64,000 nt of DNA. Source: the human T2T-CHM13v2.0 reference genome, Homo sapiens. Below the pieces are notes generated by a model that worked only from the letters and a program-made list of their open reading frames with translations, was not told the DNA's origin and searched no databases. Made by a program: the position numbers and the translations under genes. Shown here in pieces: positions 38,101 to 49,700 of the stretch (position 1 is its first letter; every line of letters starts with the position of its first letter). Location of the stretch: the NCBI RefSeq assembly GCF_009914755.1, contig NC_060942.1; one strand, 5' to 3'.

Positions 38101-40098
38101 ACATCGTTGTGATGTTTGTATTCAGGACACAGAGTTGAACATTCCCTATCATAGAGCAGGTTTGAATCACTCCTTTTGTAGTATCTGGAAGTGGACATTT
38201 GGAGCGCTTTCAGGCCTATGTTGGAAAAGGAAATATCTTCCCATAACAACTAGACAGAAGCATTCTCAGAAACTTATTTGAGATGTGTGTACTCAACTAA
38301 GAGAATTGAACCACCGTTTTGAAGGAGCAGTTTTGAAACACTCTTTTTCTGGAATCTGCAAGTGGATATTTGGCTAGCTTTGGGGATTTCGCTGGAAGCG
38401 GGAATACATATAAAAAGCACACAGCAGCGTTCTGAGAAACTGCTTTCTGATGTTTGCATTCAAGTCAAAAGTTGAACACTCCCTTTCATAGAGCAGTCTT
38501 GAAACACCCCTTTTGTAGTATCTGGAACTGGACATTTGGAGCGCTTTCAGGGCTAAGGTGAAAAAGGAAATATCTTCCCATAAAAACTGGACAGAAGCAT
38601 TCTCAGAAACTTGTTTATGCTGTATCTACTCTACTAACAAAGTTGAACCTTTCTTTTGATAGAGCAGTTTTGAAATGCTCTTTTTGTGGAATCTGCAAGT
38701 GGATATTTGGCTAGTTTTGAGGATTTCGTTGGAAGCTGGAATTCATGCAAATTGCAGACTGCAGCGTTCTGAGAAACATCTTTGTGATGTTTGTATTCAG
38801 GACACAGAGTTGAACATTCCCTATCATAGAGCAGGTTGGAATCACTCCTTTTGCAGTATCTGGAAGTGGACATTTGGAGCGCTTTCAGGCCTATGTTGAA
38901 AAAGGAAATATCTTCCCATAACAACTAGACACAAGCATTCTCAGAAACTTGTTTGTGATGTGTGCCCTCTGCTGACAGAGTTGAACCTTTCTTTTCATAG
39001 AGCAGTTTTGAAACACTCTTTTTGTAGAATCTGCAAGAGGATATTTGCATAGCTTTGAGGATTTCGTGGGAAACGGGATTGTCTTCAGGTAAAATCTAGA
39101 CAGAAGCATTCTCAGAAACTTCTTTGGGATGTTTGCATTCAAGTCACAGAGTAGAACATTCCCTTTGGTAGAGCAGGTTTGAAACCCTCTTTTTGTAGTA
39201 TCTGGAAGTGGACATTTGGAGCGCTTTCAGGCCCATGATGGAAAGGGAAATATCTTCCCGTAACAACTAGGCAGAAGAATTCTCAGAAACTTATTTGAGA
39301 TGTGTGTACTCAACTAAGAGAATTGAACCACCGTTTTGAAGGAGCAGTTTTGAAACACTCTTTTTCTGGAAACTGCAAGAGTATATTTGCCTAGCCTTGA
39401 AGATTTCGTTGGAAACGGGATTGTCTTCAGATAAAATCTAGACAGAAGCATTCTCAGAAACTTCTTTGGGATGTTTGCATTCAAGTCACAGAGTAGAACA
39501 TTCCCTTTGGTAGAGCAGGTTTGAAACACTCTTTTTTTAGTATATAGAAGTGGACATTTGGAGCGCTTTCAGGCCTACGTTGGAAAAGGAAATATCTTCC
39601 CATAACAACTAGACAGAAGCATTCTCAGAAACTAGTTTCTGATGTGTGTCCTCAACTAACACAGTTGAACTTTTCTTTAGACAGAACAGTTTTGAAACAC
39701 TCTTTTTGTGGAATCTGCAAGTGGATATTTGGCTAGATTTGAGGATTTCGTTGGAAACGGGATTACATATAAAAAGCAGACAGCAGCATTCTCAGAAAGT
39801 TCTTTGTGATGATTGCATTCAAGTCACAGAATTGAACATTCCCTTTCACAGAGCAGGTTTGAAACACTCTTTTTGTAGTGTGTGTAAGTGGACATTTGGA
39901 GCGCTTTCCGGCCTAAGGTGAAAAAGGAAATATCTTCCCATAAAAACTAGACAGAAGCATTCTCAGAAACTTACTCGTGATGTGTGTCCTCAACTAAAGG
40001 AGTAGAACCTTTCTATTCATAGAGAAGTTTTGAAACGCTCTTTTTGTGGAATCTCCAAGTGGATATTTGGCTAGTTTTGAGGATTTCGTTGGAAGCGG

Positions 40099-43000
40099 GA
40101 ATTCATACAAATTGCAGACTGCAGCGTTCTGAGAAACATCTTTGTGATGTTTGTATTCAGGACACAGAGAGGAACATTCCCTATCATAGAGCAGGTTGGA
40201 ATCACTCCTTTTGTAGTATCTGGAAGTGGACATTTGGAGCGCTTTCAGGCCTATGTTGAAAAAGGAAATATCTTCCCATAACAACTAGACACAAGCATTC
40301 TCAGAAACTTGTTTGTGATGTGTGCCCTCTACTGACAGAGTTGAACCTTTCTTTTCATAGAGCAGTTTTGAAACACTCTTTTTGTAGAATCTGCAAGAGG
40401 ATATTTGCATAGCTTTGAGGATTTCGTGGGAAACGGGATTGTCTTCAGGTAAAATCTAGACAGAAGCATTCTCAGAAACTTCTTTGGGATGTTTGCATTC
40501 AAGTCACAGAGTAGAACATTCCCTTTGGTAGAGCAGGTTTGAAACCCTCTTTTTGTAGTATCTGGAAGTGGACATTCGGAGCGCTATCAGGCCCATGTTG
40601 GAAAGGGAAATATCTTCCCGTAACAACTAGGCAGAAGCATTCTCAGAAACTTATTTGAGATGTGTGTACTCAACTAAGAGAATTGAACCACCGTTTTGAA
40701 GGAGCAGTTTTGAAACACTCTTTTTCTGGAATCTGCAAGAGTATATTTGCCTAGCCTTGAGGATTTCGTTGGAAACGGGATTGTCTTCAGATAAAATCTA
40801 GACAGAAGCATTCTCAGAAACTTCTTTGGGATGTTTGCATTCAAGTCACAGAGTAGAACATTCCCTTTGGTAGAGCAGGTTTGAAACACTCTTTTTTTAG
40901 TATATGGAAGTGGACATTTGGAGCGCTTTCAGGCCTACGTTGGAAAAGGAAATATCTTCCCATAACAACTAGACAGAAGCATTCTCAGAAACTAGTTTCT
41001 GATGTGTGTCCTCAACTAACACAGTTGAACTTTTCTTTAGACAGAACAGTTTTGAAACACTCTTTTTGTGGAATCTGCAAGTGGCTATTTGGCTAGATTT
41101 GAGGATTTCGTTGGAAACGGGATTACATATAAAAAGCAGACAGCAGCATTCTCAGAAAGTTCTTTGTGATGATTGCATTCAAGTCACAGAATTGAACATT
41201 CCCTTTCACAGAGCAGGTTTGAAACCCTCTTTTTGTAGTGTGTGTAAGTGGACATTTGGAGCGCTTTCCGGCCTAAGGTGAAAAAGGAAATATCTTCCCA
41301 TAAAAACTGGACAGAAGCATTCTCAGAAACTTGTTTATGCTGTATCTACTCAACTAACAAAGTTGAACCTTTCTTTTGATAGAGCAGTTTTGAAATGGTC
41401 TTTTTGTGGAATCTGCAAGTGGATATTTGGCTAGTTTTGAGGATTTCGTTGGAAGCGGGAATTCATACAAATTGCAGACTGCAGCGTTCTGAGAAACATC
41501 TTTGTGATGTTTGTATTCAGGACACAGAGATGAACATTCCCTATCATAGAGCAGGTTGGAATCACTCCTTTTGTAGTATCTGGAAGTGGACATTTGGAGC
41601 GCTTTCAGGCCTATGTTGAAAAAGGAAATATCTTCCCATAACAACTAGACACAAGCATTCTCAGAAACTTGTTTGTGATGTGTGCCCTCTACTGACAGAG
41701 TTGAACCTTTCTTTTCATAGAGCAGTTTTGAAACACTCTTTTTGTAGAATCTGCAAGAGGATATTTGCATAGCTTTGAGGATTTCGTGGGAAACGGGATT
41801 GTCTTCAGGTAAAATCTAGACAGAAGCATTCTCAGAAACTTCTTTGGGATGTTTGCATTCAAGTCACAGAGTAGAACATTCCCTTTGGTAGAGCAGGTTT
41901 GAAACACTCTTTTTGTAGTATCTGGAAGTGGACATTTGGAGCGCTTTCAGGCCTATGTTGGAAAGGGAAATATCTTCCCGTAACAACTAGGCAGAAGCAT
42001 TCTCAGAAACTTATTTGAGATGTGTGTACTCAACTAAGAGAATTGAACCACCGTTTTGAAGGAGCAGTTTTGAAACACTCTTTTTCTGGAATCTGCTAGA
42101 GTATATTTGCCTAGCTTTGAGGATTTCGTTGGAAACGGGATTGTCTTCAGCTAAAATCTAGACAGAAGCATTCTCAGAAACTTCTTTGGGATGTTTCTAT
42201 TCAAGTCACAGAGTAGAACATTCCCTTTGGTAGAGCAGGTTTGAAACACTCTTTTTGTAGTATCTGGAAGTGGACATTTGGAGCGCTTTCAGGCCTATGT
42301 TGGAAAGGGAAATATCTTCCCGTAACAACTAGGCAGAAGCATTCTCAGAAACTTATTTGAGATGGGTGTACTCAACTAAGAGAATTGAACCACCCTTTTC
42401 AAGGAGCAGTTTTGAAACACTCTTTTTCTGGAATCTGCAAGAGTATATTTGCCTAGCTTTGAGGATTTCGTTGGAAACGGGATTGTCTTCAGATAAAATC
42501 TAGACAGAAGCATTCTCAGAAACTTCTTTGGGTGTTTGCATTCAATTCATAGAGTAGAACATTCCCTTTGTTAGAGCAGGTTTGAAACACTCTTTTTTTA
42601 GTATATGGAAGTGGACATTTGGAGCGCTTTCAGGCCTACGTTGGAAAAGGAAATATCTTCCCATAACAACTAGACAGAAGCATTCTCAGAAACTAGTTTC
42701 TGATGTGTGTCCTCAACTAACACAGTTGAACATTTCTTTAGACAGAACAGTTTTGAAACACTCTTTTTGTGGAATCTGCAAGTGGCTATTTGGCTAGATT
42801 TGAGGATTTCTTTGGAAACGGGATTACATATAAAAAGCTGACAGCAGCATTCTCAGAAAGTTCTTTGTGATGATTGCATTCAAGTCACAGAATTGAACAT
42901 TCCCTTTCACAGAGCAGGTTTGAAACACTCTTTTTGTAGTGTGTGTAAGTGGACATTTGGAGCACTTTCCAGCCTAAGGTGAAAAAGGAAAATTTCTTCC

Positions 43001-46000
43001 CATAAAAAATAGACAGAAGCATTCTCAGAAACTTACTCGTGATGTGTGTCCTCAACTAAAGGTGTAGAACCTTTCTTTTCATAGAGAAGTTTTGAAACGC
43101 TCTTTTTGTGGAATCTCCAAGTGGATATTTGGCTAGTTTTGAGGATTTCGTTGGAAGCGGGAATTCATACAAATTGCAGACTGCAGCGTTCTGAGAAACA
43201 TCTTTGTGATGTTTGTATTCAGGACACAGAGAGGAACATTCCCTATCATAGAGCAGGTTGGAATCACTCCTTTTGTAGTATCTGGAAGTGGACATTTGGA
43301 GCGCTTTCAGGCCTATGTTGAAAAAGGAAATATCTTCCCATAACAACTAGACACAAGCATTCTCAGAAACTTGTTTGTGATGTGTGCCCTCTACTGACAG
43401 AGTTGAACCTTTCTTTTCATAGAGCAGTTTTGAAACACTCTTTTTGTAGAATCTGCAAGAGGATATTTGCATAGCTTTGAGGATTTAGTGGGAAACGGGA
43501 TTGTCTTCAGGTAAAATCTAGACAGAAGCATTCTCAGAAACTTCTTTGGGATGTTTGCATTCAAGTCACAGAGTAGAACATTCCCTTTGGTAGAGCAGGT
43601 TTGAAACCCTCTTTTTGTAGTATCTGGAAGTGGACATTCGGAGCGCTATCAGGCCCATGTTGGAAAGGGAAATATCTTCCCGTAACAACTAGGCAGAAGC
43701 ATTCTCAGAAACTTATTTGAGATGTGTGTACTCAACTAAGAGAATTGAACCACCGTTTTGAAGGAGCAGTTTTGAAACACTCTTTTTCTGGAATCTGCAA
43801 GAGTATATTTGCCTAGCCTTGAGGATTTCGTTGGAAACGGGATTGTCTTCAGATAAAATCTAGACAGAAGCATTCTCAGAAACTTCTTTGGGATGTTTGC
43901 ATTCAAGTCACAGAGTAGAACATTCCCTTTGGTAGAGCAGGTTTGAAACACTCTTTTTTTAGTATATGGAAGTGGACATTTGGAGCGCTTTCAGGCCTAC
44001 GTTGGAAAAGGAAATATCTTCCCATAACAACTAGACAGAAGCATTCTCAGAAACTAGTTTCTGATGTGTGTCCTCAACTAACACAGTTGAACTTTTCTTT
44101 AGACAGAACAGTTTTGAAACACTCTTTTTGTGGAATCTGCAAGTGGATATTTGGCTAGATTTGAGGATTTCGTTGGAAACGGGATTACATATAAAAAGCA
44201 GACAGCAGCATTCTCAGAAAGTTCTTTGTGATGATTGCATTCAAGTCACAGAATTGAACATTCCCTTTCACAGAGCAGGTTTGAAACCCTCTTTTTGTAG
44301 TGTGTGTAAGTGGACATTTGGAGCGCTTTCCGGCCTAAGGTGAAAAAGGAAATATCTTCCCATAAAAACTGGACAGAAGCATTCTCAGAAACTTGTTTAT
44401 GCTGTATCTACTCAACTAACAAAGTTGAACCTTTCTTTTGATAGAGCAGTTTTGAAATGGTCTTTTTGTGGAATCTGCAAGTGGATATTTGGCTAGTTTT
44501 GAGGATTTCGTTGGAAGCGGGAATTCATACAAATTGCAGACTGCAGCGTTCTGAGAAACATCTTTGTGATGTTTGTATTCAGGACACAGAGATGAACATT
44601 CCCTATCATAGAGCAGGTTGGAATCACTCCTTTTGTAGTATCTGGAAGTGGACATTTGGAGCGCTTTCAGGCCTATGTTGAAAAAGGAAATATCTTCCCA
44701 TAACAACTAGACACAAGCATTCTCAGAAACTTGTTTGTGATGTGTGCCCTCTACTGACAGAGTTGAACCTTTCTTTTCATAGAGCAGTTTTGAAACACTC
44801 TTTTTGTAGAATCTGCAAGAGGATATTTGCATAGCTTTGAGGATTTCGTGGGAAACGGGATTGTCTTCAGGTAAAATCTAGACAGAAGCATTCTCAGAAA
44901 CTTCTTTGGGATGTTTGCATTCAAGTCACAGAGTAGAACATTCCCTTTGGTAGAGCAGGTTTGAAACACTCTTTTTGTAGTATCTGGAAGTGGACATTTG
45001 GAGCGCTTTCAGGCCTATGTTGGAAAGGGAAATATCTTCCCGTAACAACTAGGCAGAAGCATTCTCAGAAACTTATTTGAGATGTGTGTACTCAACTAAG
45101 AGAATTGAACCACCGTTTTGAAGGAGCAGTTTTGAAACACTCTTTTTCTGGAATCTGCTAGAGTATATTTGCCTAGCTTTGAGGATTTCGTTGGAAACGG
45201 GATTGTCTTCAGCTAAAATCTAGACAGAAGCATTCTCAGAAACTTCTTTGGGATGTTTCTATTCAAGTCACAGAGTAGAACATTCCCTTTGGTAGAGCAG
45301 GTTTGAAACACTCTTTTTGTAGTATCTGGAAGTGGACATTTGGAGCGCTTTCAGGCCTATGTTGGAAAGGGAAATATCTTCCCGTAACAACTAGGCAGAA
45401 GCATTCTCAGAAACTTATTTGAGATGGGTGTACTCAACTAAGAGAATTGAACCACCCTTTTCAAGGAGCAGTTTTGAAACACTCTTTTTCTGGAATCTGC
45501 AAGAGTATATTTGCCTAGCTTTGAGGATTTCGTTGGAAACGGGATTGTCTTCAGATAAAATCTAGACAGAAGCATTCTCAGAAACTTCTTTGGGTGTTTG
45601 CATTCAATTCATAGAGTAGAACATTCCCTTTGTTAGAGCAGGTTTGAAACACTCTTTTTTTAGTATATGGAAGTGGACATTTGGAGCGCTTTCAGGCCTA
45701 CGTTGGAAAAGGAAATATCTTCCCATAACAACTAGACAGAAGCATTCTCAGAAACTAGTTTCTGATGTGTGTCCTCAACTAACACAGTTGAACATTTCTT
45801 TAGACAGAACAGTTTTGAAACACTCTTTTTGTGGAATCTGCAAGTGGCTATTTGGCTAGATTTGAGGATTTCTTTGGAAACGGGATTACATATAAAAAGC
45901 TGACAGCAGCATTCTCAGAAAGTTCTTTGTGATGATTGCATTCAAGTCACAGAATTGAACATTCCCTTTCACAGAGCAGGTTTGAAACACTCTTTTTGTA

Positions 46001-46221
46001 GTGTGTGTAAGTGGACATTTGGAGCACTTTCCAGCCTAAGGTGAAAAAGGAAATATCTTCCCATAAAAAATAGACAGAAGCATTCTCAGAAACTTACTCG
46101 TGATGTGTGTCCTCAACTAAAGGTGTAGAACCTTTCTTTTCATAGAGAAGTTTTGAAACGCTCTTTTTGTGGAATCTGCAAGTGGATATTTGGCTAGTTT
46201 TGAGGATTTCGTTGGAAGCGG
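40099..46221 (+). repeat. Tandem duplication of a ~3062-bp 18-monomer super-unit (alternative 8-mer plus 10-mer)
   Basis: EcoRI sites at 40099, 41459, 43161, 44521 and 46222. Private variants are shared at an offset of 3061-3062 bp. Confidence 0.9.
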
Positions 46222-46749
46222 GAATTCATACAAATTGCAGACTGCAGCGTTCTGAGAAATATCTTTGTGATGTTTGTATTCAGGACACAGAGTTGAACAT
46301 TCCCTATCATAGAGCAGGTTGGAATCACTCCTTTTGTAGTATCTGGAAGTGGACATTTGGAGCGCTTTCAGGCCTATGTTGAAAAAGGAAATATCTTCCC
46401 ATAACAACTAGACACAAGCATTCTCAGAAACTTGTTTGTGATGTGTGACCTCTACTGACAGAGTTGAACCTTTCTTTTCATAGAGCAGTTTTGAAACACT
46501 CTTTTTGTAGAATCTGCAAGAGGATATTTGCATAGCTTTGAGGATTTCGTGGGAAACGGGATTGTCTTCAGGTAAAATCTAGACAGAAGCATTCTCAGAA
46601 ACTTCTTTGGGATGTTTGCATTCAAGTCACAGAGTAGAACATTCCCTTTGGTAGAGCAGGTTTGAAACACTCTTTTTGTAGTATCTGGAAGTGGACATTA
46701 GGAGCGCTTTCAGGCCCATGTTGGAAAGGGAAATATCTTCCCGTAACAA

Positions 46750-49700
46750 CTAGGCAGAAGCATTCTCAGAAACATATTTGAGATGTGTGTACTCAACTAA
46801 GAGAATTGAACCACCGTTTTGAAGGAGCAGTTTTGAAACACTCTTTTTCTGGAATCTGCAAGAGTATATTTGCCTAGCCTTGAGGATTTCGTTGGAAACG
46901 GGATTGTCTTCAGATAAAATCTAGACAGAAGCATTCTCAGAAACTTCTTTGGGATGTTTGCATTCAAGTCACAGAGTAGAACATTCCCTTTGGTAGAGCA
47001 GGTTTGAAACAATCTTTTTTTAGTATATGGAAGTGGACATTTGGAGCGCTTTCAGGCCTACGTTGGAGAAGGAAATATCTTCCCATAACAACTAGACCGA
47101 AGCATTCTCAGAAACTAGTTTCTGATGTGTGTCCTCAACTAACACAGTTGTACATTTCTTTAGACAGAACAGTTATGAAACACTCTTTTTGTGGAATCTG
47201 CAAGTGGATATTTGGCTAGATTTGAGGATTTCGTTGGAAACGGGATTACATATAAAAAGCAGTCAGCAGCATTCTCAGATAGTTCTTTGTGATGATTGCA
47301 TTCAAGTCACAGAATTGAAAATTCCCTTTCACAGAGCAGGTTTGAAACACTCTTTTTGTAGTGTGTGTAAGTGGACATTTGGAGAGCTTTCTGGCCTAAG
47401 GTGGAAAAGGAAATATCTTCCCATAAAAACTAGACAGAAGCATTCTCAGAAACTTACTCGTGATGTGTGTCCTCAACTAAAGGAGTAGAACCTTTCTTTT
47501 CATAGAGAAGTTTTGAAACGCTCTTTTTGTGGAATCTGCAAGTGGATATTTGGCTAGTTTTGAGGATTTCGTTGGAAGCGGGAATTCATACAAATTGCAG
47601 ACTGCAGCGTTCTGAGAAACATCTTTGTGATGTTTGTATTCAGGACACAGAGAGGAACATTCCCTATCATAGAGCAGGTTGGAATCACTCCTTTTGTAGT
47701 ATCTGGAAGTGGACATTTGGAGCGCTTTCAGGCCTATGTTGAAAAAGGAAATATCTTCCCATAACAACTAGACACAAGCATTCTCAGAAACTTGTTTGTG
47801 ATGTGTGCCCTCTACTGACAGAGTTGAACCTTTCTTTTCATAGAGCAGTTTTGAAACACTCTTTTTGTAGAATCTGCAAGAGGATATTTGCATAGCTTTG
47901 AGGATTTCGTGGGAAACGGGATTGTCTTCAGGTAAAATCTAGACAGAAGCATTCTCAGAAACTTCTTTGGGATGTTTGCATTCAAGTCACAGAGTAGAAC
48001 ATTCCCTTTGGTAGAGCAGGTTTGAAACCCTCTTTTTGTAGTATCTGGAAGTGGACATTTGGAGCGCTTTCAGGCCCATGTTGGAAAGGGAAATATCTTC
48101 CCGTAACAACTAGGCAGAAGCATTCTCAGAAACTTATTTGAGATGTGTGTACTCAACTAAGAGAATTGAACCACCGTTTTGAAGGAGCAGTTTTGAAACA
48201 CTCTTTTTCTGTAATCTGCAAGAGTATATTTGCCTAGCCTTGAGGATTTCGTTGGAAACGGGATTGTCTTCAGGTAAAATCTAGACAGAAGCATTCTCAG
48301 AAACTTCTTTGGGATGTTTGCATTCAAGTCACAGAGTAGAACATTCCCTTTGGTAGAGCAGGTTTGAAACACTCTTTTTTTAGTATATGGAAGTGGACAT
48401 TTGGAGCGCTTTCAGGCCTACGTTGGAAAAGGAAATATCTTCCCATAACAACTAGACAGAAGCATTCTCAGAAACTAGTTTCTGATGTGTGTCCTCAACT
48501 AACACAGTTGAACTTTTCTTTACACAGAACAGTTTTGAAACACTCTTTTTGTGGAATCTGCAAGTGGATATTTGGCTAGATTTGAAGATTTCGTTGGAAA
48601 CGGGATTACATATAAAAAGCAGACAGCAGCATTCTCAGAAAGTTCTTTGTGATGATTGCATTCAAGTCACAGAATTGAACATTCCCTTTCACAGAGCAGG
48701 TTTGAAACACTCTTTTTGTAGTGTGTGTAAGTGGACATTTGGAGCGCTTTCCGGCCTAAGGTGAAAAAGGAAATATCTTCCCATAAAAACTAGACAGAAG
48801 CATTCTCAGAAACTTACTCGTGATGTGTGTCCTCAACTAAAGGAGTAGAACCTTTCTATTCATAGAGAAGTTTTCAAACGCTCTTTTTGTGGAATCTCCA
48901 AGTGGATATTTGGCTAGTTTTGAGGATTTCGTTGGAAGCGGGAATTCATACAAATTGCAGACTGCAGCGTTATGAGAAACATCTTTGTGATGTTTGTATT
49001 CAGGACACAGAGATGAACATTCCCTATCATAGAGCAGGTTGGAATCACTCCTTTTGTAGTATCTGGAAGTGGACATTTGGAGCGCTTTCAGGCCTATGTT
49101 GAAAAAGGAAATATCTTCCCATAACAACTAGACACAAGTATTCTCAGAAACTTGTTTGTGATGTGTGCCCTCTACTGACAGAGTTGAACCTTTCTTTTCA
49201 TAGAGCAGTTTTGAAACACTCTTTTTGTAGAATCTGCAAGAGGATATTTGCATAGCTTTGAGGATTTCGTGGGAAACGGGATTGTCTTCAGGTAAAATCT
49301 AGACAGAAGCATTCTCAGAAACTTCTTTGGGATGTTTGCATTCAAGTCACAGAGTAGAACATTCCCTTTGGTAGAGCAGGTTTGAAACACTCTTTTTGTA
49401 GTATCTGGAAGTGGACATTTGGAGCGCTTTCAGGCCCATGTTGGAAAGGGAAATATCTTCCCGTAACAACTAGGCAGGAGCATTCTCAGAAACTTATTTG
49501 AGATGTGTGTACTCAACTAAGAGAATTGAACCACCGTTTTGAAGGAGCAGTTTTGAAACACTCTTTTTCTGGATTCTGCAAGAATATATTTGCCTAGCCT
49601 TGAGGATTTCGTTGGAAACGGGATTGTCTTCAGATAAAATCTAGACAGAAGCATTCTCAGAAACTTCTTTGGGATGTTTGCATTCAAGTCACAGAGTAGA

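Larger units (their letters stand above)
21098..38738 (+). repeat. Mixed block of 8-mers, seven 675-bp 4-mer segments (8+4 = 2035-bp 12-mer) and two 1018-bp 6-mers
   Basis: 675-bp EcoRI intervals start at 22458, 24493, 26186, 29581, 31616, 36029 and 38064. 1018-bp intervals start at 25168 and 32291. Confidence 0.9.
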
